Source of the DNA: Alloascoidea hylecoeti
Taxonomy: Eukaryota
Assembly (NCBI GenBank): GCA_001600815.1
Contig: BCKZ01000017.1
Location: forward strand, 287,720 to 347,379
Direction of reading: 5' to 3'
Length of the DNA: 59,660 bases
The first letter of the stretch is position 1; each line of letters starts with the position of its first letter. Shown here piece after piece: positions 49,626-59,660 of this stretch. A program made the position numbers and the translations under genes. The notes under the pieces were generated by a model. It had not been told where the DNA came from. It ran no database searches and saw only the letters and a program-made list of their open reading frames with translations.

Positions 49626-49883
49626 TCAATTAACCTTATATAACTTAAAATCTATAGGAACATAATAATTCAGCATATAGCGCCATGTGCCCTTGTTTTA
49701 AAAAATAAAAATCCATGAAGAATAATCATATGGCTTCCCACTTACAATTATATTTTGAAAAGTTTCATCCAAAGAATCTTGAATCACCAAGCTATCTTCT
49801 GTTCTTAACTTGTAAGTAGATACGTACGAAATTCCAGAACTGTGAACTCCTGTTAAATAATCATAGTACCTGATGTTTCTCAT
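49626..49883 (-). mobile_element. Decayed Ty3/gypsy reverse transcriptase N-terminal fragment
   Basis: STYKLRTEDSLVIQDSLDETFQNIIVSGKPYDYSSWIFIF*NKGTWRYMLNY aligns by eye with the gypsy PYxL..E..L..SPxSSPxFxVxKKxGxWRxxxDY motif; in-frame stop at a Lys position. Confidence 0.55.
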
Positions 49884-50280
49884 ATAAAAAAGAGGAGCTA
49901 AACCTTAATTACTGATCGATGAGATGTACAAGCTTAATTATAAGATATAAGATATACTTCCAACTTTATTAAACAAAGCATGGGAATCTTCGAATTCATA
50001 TATAATCAATTTGATTTTTCTTTTCTCACTTGATTGTCTGACACATTAATTAATCATATATCCAAAATTATTAGAAATACTTATACTTTAGGTTATAACA
50101 AATTGTTACAACACTAATAGATTTGAACGCTCAATCAACTGCTTTAAGTTTGCAATCGGTTTTTTTCATTTATTTGCTTTTTCTATCGGAGTTTTTCTTT
50201 CTCTTTACATTTCTTTCTTAGTTTTGGATTTTGGAGTAATTCATTAACAGTTCAATTATTAAGTCAACGTCGTTTGAAAA

Positions 50281-52104
50281 ATGTCTGGAAGGAGGAACAC
50301 ACACACAGGTATACCATCTACGACAACAAGTCTTACAAAATCACTTGGAATCAGAACATTTGTTAACAAAAAGAGAAGGCCATGGAAATCTGAAGAAGAT
50401 GCTTTGTTAAGAAGGAGTGTGGCAATTTATGGTGATACAAGAGGTAAAAGCGGTAAATGGGATGAAATAGCATCATTTTTTAATGATAGAAAGGCAAAGG
50501 ATTGTAGAAAACGTTGGATAAATTCCTTGGATCCAAATTTAAAGAGGGGTAGATGGACTCAAGATGAAGATTCAGCATTATTAAAAGCTTACCAAGAAAT
50601 TGGTCCATCTTGGTATAAAATTGCTCAAACTATAGAAGGAAGAACAGACGATCAATGTGCAAAAAGATACAATGAAGTTTTAGACCCTTCCACTTGTGAT
50701 AGGCTAAAGCAGTGGAACCCTGAAGAAGATTTACAATTAATTGAAAGGGTGAAAAAATATGGAACCAAATGGAAGAATATATCGACAGAATTGCCTGGAA
50801 GAACAGCACTCACTTGTCGAAACAGATGGAGAAAAATTGTTGCTGATGTTGTTAGGGGTAAAAGACTAGATTTGAGCAAGGAATTTGATATCAATGAGGG
50901 TAATGCTATTATAAAGCCTGTCAAAAAGAATAGGAATAATTCCAACCTAATTACAACTCTAGATGAAGTAACTAATAACGGTTCTGAAGATTATAACGAT
51001 CACAGTACAAGTTCTAATACAAAAAGTGGTTCAGGAACCAAAAGGAAATCTGTAATTGACCATGAGTCAGATTCCCCTCCCTTAAAAATAATACGAAGGA
51101 TGACTACAGTAGCTCAAAGTTTTTCCAGGATTTCACCGCAAGACATTGATACAATAGGTAATAACACTATGCCATTTGCAAATACTAATATACCATCATC
51201 TACAGCAACAGTATCATCTATTACCAGCAATAATTTACCGCCCATACTGGTCAAAAGCGAAGTTATTAGCCCAGTTACATCATGGAATTTGAGATATACA
51301 AACGACTCACCAGATATGTATAGATTTGGGGAATCCACAGTAGATACAGATATATCATCTACTGCAGTCGATATGGATAATGATTATTTCCATCTTACAG
51401 CCCCAATAAATCATTACGTCAAAGATGAGAATAAATTAATAAAGGAGGAAATATTATATGGTAATATAAACAGTCATGGGTTGCCATTTACAAGATCTGA
51501 AGAAATATCTGCCAATATTTCAACTACAAGGAATATATCTCCTCCCTATCATGATCATTCCCAACAACTAATTGCAATTCCACATCATTATCAGCCCGAC
51601 AACAGTCATATTATTCATAATGATTTCAATACTGATCATTTAAATTATACCTATAATGAGCACAACACAACGAGATTCACCAAACCTAATATTCCTACAA
51701 CTGGTGGTACAATGACATGTTTTAATGAGGCAAATGTTTCAAGTACAGACATTTTAGATCAACTAACAATGTTAACACCGCATTCGCCAGTGGTTCGTGG
51801 AAAATCAAGAAGTGTAGGTGAATATAGCGAGAATTTAAGCACCAGTCAAATTGCCATTAAATATCACAATGCTCCAGAAAACTCTACTTATAACTGCAAC
51901 GATATTTTTACATCTCAGATATCTATGGCTGATAGTGATCCTGTATCGCGTGAGAATACAAGAATACCTCAGAGAACATCATCTCAAGAATATGAAATTA
52001 ATTCTCTGAATGGATCTGGCCATTCTAATATCCATGAAATAGAATCATATAACCCTTATGTTCTTCCTGGATCATATTTTTCTAGCCGTTTATTAAGTAA
52101 TTAA
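50281..52104 (+). CDS. BAS1: Three-repeat Myb transcription factor Bas1
   Basis: KDCRKRWINSLDPNLKRGRWTQDED, GRTDDQCAKRYNEVL and YGTKW..LTCRNRWRKI..VVRG closely follow Bas1. Confidence 0.88.
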   Translation: MSGRRNTHTGIPSTTTSLTKSLGIRTFVNKKRRPWKSEEDALLRRSVAIYGDTRGKSGKWDEIASFFNDRKAKDCRKRWINSLDPNLKRGRWTQDEDSALLKAYQEIGPSWYKIAQTIEGRTDDQCAKRYNEVLDPSTCDRLKQWNPEEDLQLIERVKKYGTKWKNISTELPGRTALTCRNRWRKIVADVVRGKRLDLSKEFDINEGNAIIKPVKKNRNNSNLITTLDEVTNNGSEDYNDHSTSSNTKSGSGTKRKSVIDHESDSPPLKIIRRMTTVAQSFSRISPQDIDTIGNNTMPFANTNIPSSTATVSSITSNNLPPILVKSEVISPVTSWNLRYTNDSPDMYRFGESTVDTDISSTAVDMDNDYFHLTAPINHYVKDENKLIKEEILYGNINSHGLPFTRSEEISANISTTRNISPPYHDHSQQLIAIPHHYQPDNSHIIHNDFNTDHLNYTYNEHNTTRFTKPNIPTTGGTMTCFNEANVSSTDILDQLTMLTPHSPVVRGKSRSVGEYSENLSTSQIAIKYHNAPENSTYNCNDIFTSQISMADSDPVSRENTRIPQRTSSQEYEINSLNGSGHSNIHEIESYNPYVLPGSYFSSRLLSN

Positions 52105-54405
52105 TCGATAGCATATATGTATATTGTTTCATCATACTTCAACCTTAGAAGTCAGAACACAAATTATTTATTTATGTAAAACATACTATAATTATATATA
52201 ATGGCGGTAACAAATAAATTGGAGAGAATATAGTAATACCTTACATTAATATTTTAATGGAAATTATTCAAGTTTATAAGGTTATTAATTATAATTATGT
52301 AGGTAAACACAGTACAACTTAAACTTACACCAATACATCAACTAAACGAAATATTCTAAATTTTTAAATACATTCGAATTCCAAGAATATATTTTTATAA
52401 CTATTCAGAAAGGTATACCAACAATACGAATACTTACACTCAAAAATGGTAAGACCTCTTTAAAAGTGCGATCGATGGGGTGGCCGAGTAACGTCGGCTT
52501 TTAACCCATAACCTCAACTTTTGCGTATATCCTAATATAAGCATACACTAACACTCATATTTTACTTTATAGATCGGAAAAGTGGCACATATTGTAGTTG
52601 ATCTTGCACTAGTTTCAACAGTGTTAGCAAGCGTTAAGCGAACAACAGGTTTAACGTAAGTGCACTGAAATACACTGATATACCGTTTTTTTGACTGGTG
52701 AAAGGAAACAAAATAAACTAACAGCCCTTAAATTATCTCATAATAGACCAAATATCGATAAATATGTGACACACGACGACCTCAAATCTATATCCTATAG
52801 ATATCTTAACATTGGAGAATTTTGCTACGATACTACAATATCTTACATTGATTCATCAGCGTATTTCACTAGAAAGTAATTATAATCAATCACATACTCT
52901 ATAGGCCTATATACATTTTGGTCATTCACCAATATAATGGCTACCCTTTTCTAAACTCAAGCATTCCAACTATACCTATATTATATAATGATGGCTTATA
53001 TGGATTTGAAGTTGGATTTAAATTTGAATTTGCAATGTTTATGACTTTTCAAAGTAATACAATACTAATATTATGTCTCTCGGTTTTAATCCTTAATTAA
53101 TATTACAATATATTATATAAATCATAACTGCAAATCTTTATATCTTATAATTATAGAACCTTTGAACCTCGTCATACTGTACTTACAATTTTACATGTTT
53201 CATTGGCCGTAATAAGTCCGGGTAAATATATTTTTAAAAATTCTGTTTTCTCTTCCTCAGTTTTGATCATTCTTATTAATATCATAATCAGCCATTTACA
53301 ATCAAATGATGAACAGCTTTCTTCTTTTTCAGTTACTTTCTCTATTTATTTAGATAGTTAGATAATTTTGCGATTTGATGGTTTTAGGATTTAGAGGGCT
53401 TCTACGTTTTGGTGTTACTGCGCTTATTGAATGACTGAATCTGCAGACGCAAAGTGTCACCTTTTTTGAGAAAATTAAAGAGTTATCAGGTTGGCATTTA
53501 TCTTTACCTTTAATTCCATTTCCAATAGAATTTTTTGGAATTAAATGGAGACCTGTGTATTTGGATTGAATTCTAAGATTTAAAAAGGGTTATAAGCTCC
53601 TCCTAGGATTGATATTGTACTTTATCGCTGTACTTCTAAAAAGAAACAGCATTGATTATATGGTAAAAAGTGTAACATTGGGGTTACTGTGATTTATTAT
53701 GAATTATTATGAACTATGATGAGTTCTTGTGAACGTGGTCATAAATATTTATTGCTGATCTGGTGATCATCTGGCAACTCAACCTGGCAGAAAGCGTCTT
53801 CGCTAAATGGAAAGCTACTTGTTGAAATACTGGTCTTGTTACTTCGGATATGATTGTGAGAGGGTGGTCCTTAACTTTTTTTCCTCTTTAGAGAAGAGAA
53901 GATAATTAGAAATATTGTAGCTTGTAAAGTACTAAACAGCTGATAAACGTTATCCCAACATCAGCAGACAAACAAAAGAAGTCAAATTTATTACAATTGA
54001 AGTAACTTTTGTTATCCTCATCTACTATTTTGACTTCTTTTCTTATTCATCCTAAATGTTATTTCAGAAATTGTGGTTATATTAGAGAACTCAAAAGCCG
54101 GGTAACAATCTTGAGTTTTGGAGTTTTTTCTTCTCTACTTTTTCAAGAAACACAAAAAAGTCATTAATAAGAAGCAAATATTATTACAAGACACCATCAA
54201 GTTGTACTATCAATCCTTCGTGAAAGCCAGATCAAATATTTTATATCTTTTTCGCTGGATTTTTAAAAAAATATTAGTGGAAATTTAGAAGAGTTCGTTT
54301 CATTGAATAAGGATAAGAAGAATAAAAAACATTGAAAATACAAAACCTACATTAAAAGAGCGTATAATTGTTTGCTTAGGCTGACTGTATTTTACTTGCG
54401 AAATA

Positions 54406-56891
54406 ATGGGCACTTATGAAAAGAATGATGATAACCGTAAACGGGATAGGGAAGATAAAAAAGGTATGTCAAACAATTATTGTATTAAATACAACTTAAT
54501 TTGTCATATATATGTATATTAACATGGTAACGTTTCTTGCCTTACACAGACGATAATACATCATCGAATAATTCACCATACAGAGGTAGTAGACTTCCGA
54601 ACGATGACCGATTAGATGATGATAAAAGCACTAGCAATAAAAAACGAAGAAGTGATTATGATAGGGACCGACCATATCAGCAATCTTATGGATCAAGAAG
54701 ACCATATTATGATAGAAACCGTGGTGGTGGTAGTAGAGGAAATTATGAAAGAGAGGGATACCGGGGTGATTATAACTCAGCTAAAACGAGATATTCCAAG
54801 TCAAACAATTATCGGGGTGGTCACGATAGTTATAGTAGAGGTGGGTTCAGTAATAATTATCGTGGACGTGGAGGACGCTATAATACTCGCGGCTGGATCC
54901 GTGGACGTGGTAATCGTGGGGGATATCTAGGTAGAAGAACACCGCCTAGAAACTTCGATCGAAGAGACGGGGACGGGCGAAACAGTAGCCGCGATTCATC
55001 TCCAAATGCTAGATCTCCTATAAGATCGCCTATAAGATCACCTCATTTCGGAAGATCACCCATCAGATCACCTATAAAATCCCCCATACGATCTTATAGA
55101 GATTCACCCCTCAGGAACGCATCAGATATACCAAGGAGAACCTCCCAAACACCAAATAAATTTCCAGAAACGAAGGAAAGAAGATCAGAAATCTTCGAGA
55201 ATAAAGATAAAAACACAAAAAAACTATCAATAGACGATAGTGACCTTACAAATTCATCTGCTGTTCCTAAAGGTCCTAGATCGCACCAAAAATATTATCA
55301 AGATGACTATCGATTTAAATCAAAATTCAAAAGTTTTGACGATGATCGTGATTACAGAGATTCTGATAATAGTAATAGTTATCGAGGTGGATCTAATTTT
55401 AAGAATTATAAATCTGATTTCAGAAGAGAAAATAATAATACATACAAGGATCGGTTGTCATTTAAAACTTCGACAGCAAGATCACGTTCTTATTCTTCAA
55501 GAAGAGATATATCACCGAGACGTTCATCATTAGAGCGTCGGCCAGTAAGACGGAATTGGAATAAGAATAGATCGCCTTCTCGATCCCTCTCCCGTTCACC
55601 TTCTCCTTCGCGCTCCCGCTCACGCTCTCAACCTCGACCTCAACCTCGGTCCCGTTCCCTTCGTCGTTCTCGCTCATTATCTAGGTCTAAATCCCCAAGA
55701 CGCAATGATACTTCAACAAATTCTAGTAGCAAGACAACAACACCAATTCACACACCGTTGCCATCATCATCAACAATAAAAACGGAGGAAAATATAGAAG
55801 AAGATTCAAAAAATATATCAATTTTTTCCCAAACACACAATTCTTCAATTTATAAACGTTTAGCTCAAGTTGGTGAAGGGACCTATGGTAAAGTTTACAA
55901 GGCCATAAATATAGTAACTAAACAAAAAGTTGCATTAAAATATATCAGAATGGAAGGTGAAAAGGAAGGATTTCCAATAACTGCAATTCGAGAAATTCGG
56001 TTATTGCAGTCTTTTAATCATAAAAATGTTGTCTCGTTATTAGAAATAATGATTGAAAAAAATGGCGTTTTTATGATTTTTAATTATATGGATCATGATT
56101 TAACAGGTATATTAACACATCCCACAATTGTATTGAATGATGCAAATATAAAAGATATTTTTAAACAACTAACTGAAGGTGTTTGTTATTTACACTCCCG
56201 TGGTGTTCTACATCGGGATTTAAAAGGCCCAAATATCTTAGTTGATCAAAATGGAACTATACAAATAACAGACTTTGGATTAGCAAGAAAAATGAAATCA
56301 TTACCATCGTCATCAACAGCAACAACAAGTAGACCAGATTATTCAAACAGGGTCATAACACTTTGGTATAGACCACCGGAATTATTATTTGGCTCAACAG
56401 CGTATGGTCCAGAAGTTGATATTTGGGGATTAGGCTGTTTATTGGTTGAACTTTTCACAAGAACCGCTATATTTCAAGGTATGGATGAAATTCATCAGTT
56501 AGTTGAAATTTTCAATATAATGGGTACACCAGATGAAAATAATTGGAATGATGTTAAATTTTTACCATGGTATCAATTGGTTAAACCTAGACAATCGAAA
56601 CAAAATAGGTTTAAAGAATTATATGGTGACAAGTTACCAATTGATGCATTTGATTTAGCAACCAAATTATTAACAATGGATCCAAATAAAAGAATTAGTG
56701 CCCAGGAAGCCTTAGATTGTGAATATTTTCAAAATGACCCAAAACCTGAACCTTTAACAAATCTAAAAGAATTAGGTGGTGAATGGCATGAATTTGAATC
56801 AAAAAAGAGAAGAAGGAAAGAAAGGGAAGAGAGAAAAAAAATAGGAAAGGGGTCAATTACAGATTCAAATAAAGGAACAAGCGAAAAATAA
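54406..56891 (+). CDS. CTK1: CTD kinase I catalytic subunit Ctk1/Lsk1 (CDK12-like); exons 54406-54463 and 54550-56891
   Basis: VGEGTYGKVYKA, EGFPITAIREI, YSNRVITLWYRPPELL and GEWHEFESKKRRR. Intron GTATGT..CAG supplies the ATG. Confidence 0.92.
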
Positions 56892-57620
56892 AATGTCTTC
56901 GAATATCGAATCCAATATGTTTTTTACTTGTTTAACAATATATTCTACATGTTTACAAATAAATCTTGCATAATTTTTTTTTTATTAAGCCTTAAATTTT
57001 ATTTATAATGGTAAATATATTCCATGGATGGCATTGGATGCCTATTATACTGTATAAGTTTACTTACTTATACCTATTCTTATTTAATATAAAATGTAAA
57101 GTTTACCCATTTTTGGTGAGACACGGGAGAATCTGGTAATTTAGAGATTTTAGATGTCTTTGGACGTTCAGCAGGTGCAATACGTCGTAATGATGGAGGC
57201 GGTTTCTCCACAATTCATCATTTTCACGATTTCATCGATGTTAAGAATGCGGTACAATCTTGGAAATCCCGCTCATACTTGCATCAACTACTCTAGAAGA
57301 TGGCACATTCAAGTTTTCCAGTGGATCGATCTGGCATATCAATGAAGTAGCACACAGAGAGGACTCAAACGGCAGATGAGCAGCTTTCTCATCAGAAATC
57401 GATATTTTTGTTTATTAGCCTCTTGAGTGAGCCCTCCATATCCAATAGATGACATATTTTCAATCGGTTAAGTTGTGTTTCCATCACGGCACTTTTTATT
57501 GTTGGAAAATTTTGATTAAAAACTTCAATATAATCCTGTGTAACTAAATACTTTTTCTTTACAATTTTTATTTTATTTGTTTGTTATCAATTACCATCCC
57601 TAGTTAATTAGCTACAAACG

Positions 57621-58034
57621 ATGTCTACTCAACTCAACCAAACTACGCGCAAGCTCCCATGGGTGATAACCTTACAACGGGAATTTGAAGCGTTGTCTCC
57701 TCCATTGTTGGATGCTCTGGTTAATACTGAAGGTTATTGTTACCACTATCTAGTACAATTAAAACATGACTACAAACGTCTTCAGGCTACGCCATATATG
57801 ATGTTAACTCATATCTCTAATAAAATCCCCCAGCAATTATCAGTCAGATTTTCTGACTTCATCAAATGGTATCTTTTATACGGAACACTAGCATGGGATC
57901 AATACGATTCCATCGTAGAGGAATATAACCCTCAAAATTTACCCGTTAACCCCATTCTCAACAAGATTTCACTATTTACAAATGAAGACAAAGTAGATTA
58001 TTTAACCCTTAATTTTGATAATCTTCGCATTTAA
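57621..58034 (+). pseudogene. Orphan 137-aa ORF, possibly truncated retrotransposon gag
   Basis: ATG-initiated ORF. FSDFIKWY..LAWDQYDSIVEEYNPQN resembles the retrotransposon capsid W..TW..L..Y.P pattern. No pol follows. Confidence 0.3.
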
Positions 58035-58686
58035 ATACTTTTTTAGTTTTTCCTACCTCAAATATAACCTCATATAGCACATAAGAATCAGATAACCAGA
58101 AAGTAAATATTTGACCGGCCAAAACGACATACAATCCAAAAGCTACCAACTACTCATGGGCGCTTCGCAAATTTTAAAATTTTATCAGAGGTCCGTTAAT
58201 TTTTGTATATTCTATGGTGCTGATCATACAGAATGTCTCGAATATCAGAAATTATTATGGTCCTGGAGCCACATGTATTACTAGGAAATTAAAGATGGTG
58301 TAATTTATTTGGTAAAACGAAATGAATCATATATATAAAAACTCTATATGAGAGTTTTGAGTACATAATCCAAGCTTAAGCCCTAAATAAGGTTTAAGTA
58401 CTATAATTCTAAATTTCCTGGATATATTTCTACTAAGTGAGCTATGCTATATTTAATATAAGGGGAAATTTATACAATTGACCAACCGGCTCTTCTCAAT
58501 TAAGTAACGTTGTTGGTGGCAAACCCGAAAAGATTATTTAAGATGCTTCATCAGGAAGATAAGAACCAAAATCGATTTTCGTCTCAAGATTTTTGTAAGC
58601 TTGTATGGAGTCTTATTATTATAGCATATTGCAATTGTTATATGGTCTGCTGTACTTGTAGTTGTCAATAATATTATCGTTTCTTC

Positions 58687-59192
58687 AATCGAAACAATAT
58701 TTCAAGAAGAGGTCATAGAAAACAGAGCTATAGATGTGGGAAAATAAACCAAAACGAAATTTAAAGGGTTGACGAAGTTTACTCCTCTTTTCTGCAAAAT
58801 ATAGTTGATCGGTCATACCACTTAATTTCGGCCACCTTCTGAACTTAACATTCGTCCACCTATTTCTTTTTTTTCGAATGGTCTTATTCCATAATCTTTC
58901 ATATTTACTGGTAGCAATAATCTACAATTGTTCTGTTACCGTTTATGATGAATATATATTTGGGTTTGTCAGTGATTTGGATTTTGTTCGTAATCCGGGA
59001 CAAGGTAGTATAAATTAAATAGATTGAGGGTAATTTTACACGTTTATTATACTGTACCGGTCTGATTTCTTATATCCGATTCATTAAATTTTGCAAAAAT
59101 GAGGAGTAAATTTCGTATCCTTTCGTTTTGGCCTATTTTACCACACCTATAACTCTGTTTTAATTGACCTCTTCTTGAGCTGTTGTTCCGAT
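58687..59192. repeat. Degenerate long inverted repeat; arms about 58687-58817 and 59071-59192, spacer about 250 bp
   Basis: Colinear complementary blocks: TCAAGAAGAGGTCA 58702/TGACCTCTTCTTGA 59165, AAAACAGAG/CTCTGTTTT, CCAAAACGAAA 58749/TTTCGTTTTGG 59121, TTTACTCCTC 58778/GAGGAGTAAA 59101, TGCAAAAT/ATTTTGCA. Confidence 0.88.
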
Positions 59193-59660
59193 GAAATGCT
59201 TATAATATAGTTTTTTTGTTTCCAATAATTGAGTTTATCAGCATTAATATTAATAAAAAAATATTTTGTTTTGATAGCTCCTTTAAGTATTATAATCAGC
59301 TTCTTATGATTAGTAAAATACAAAGCTTTTCTTAAAATAGTGTGCAGTGTTCCTTTAATTCTAGAGATATGTTAGTGTGTATAGTGTGTATAAAACATTT
59401 GAAATTCATTATTATTTGTCAAATGCCTGTTTCTAGCCATTACTCCAAAAAGCTAACTTATTGAAAGGAGATATAAAATAAAGAAAAATGGATGTTAGCA
59501 CCCTTAAATGAATGTGTGTCATATATTACTATGTACCATATTGTCATTAATTATTTATAGACAAAATAATTTAATCAAATTATGAACTATAAATGTATAT
59601 CAATTAATTGTTTGCAAATGGAAAGGGTGCTTGTCTTTTTTTTGAAGGAAAATCAAAACA

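Noticed and set aside
52500..52515. Minus-strand GGTTATGGG resembling a copia half-tRNA primer-binding site
   Set aside because: Short match with no adjacent LTR end or gag ORF.

Overview
AT-rich eukaryotic DNA from a budding yeast (Saccharomycotina). The many short spliceosomal introns (11 complete, 67-118 nt, plus one partial) suggest an early-diverging lineage. Conserved genes in order: SLT2 MAPK (5' partial), DAP2/STE13-family dipeptidyl aminopeptidase, TIM10, a Trl1-like kinase/CPD gene lacking the ligase domain, HMO1, SEC3 (with a GPN minisatellite over a 100-N gap), MPH1, STE24, SMF (Nramp), MTF1, MYO1, PGM, a YMR087W-like macro domain gene, tRNA-Asp(GTC), SLD2, UBP7/11, BAS1 and CTK1. 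Several genes are missed or truncated in the ORF track because of introns, so I rebuilt their exons by hand. Intergenic DNA carries retroelement debris: an L1-type endonuclease fragment beside the tRNA, a Ty3/gypsy RT fragment, gag-like relics and a degenerate long inverted repeat. Best candidates for new biology: (1) an intact, intron-containing Ty1/copia-type gag gene with no pol, possibly domesticated; (2) a ligase-less Trl1 paralog with a degenerate CPD and possible organellar targeting; (3) a multi-hairpin candidate ncRNA between the convergent MYO1 and PGM genes. All protein identities come from motif recognition by eye, not database searches.
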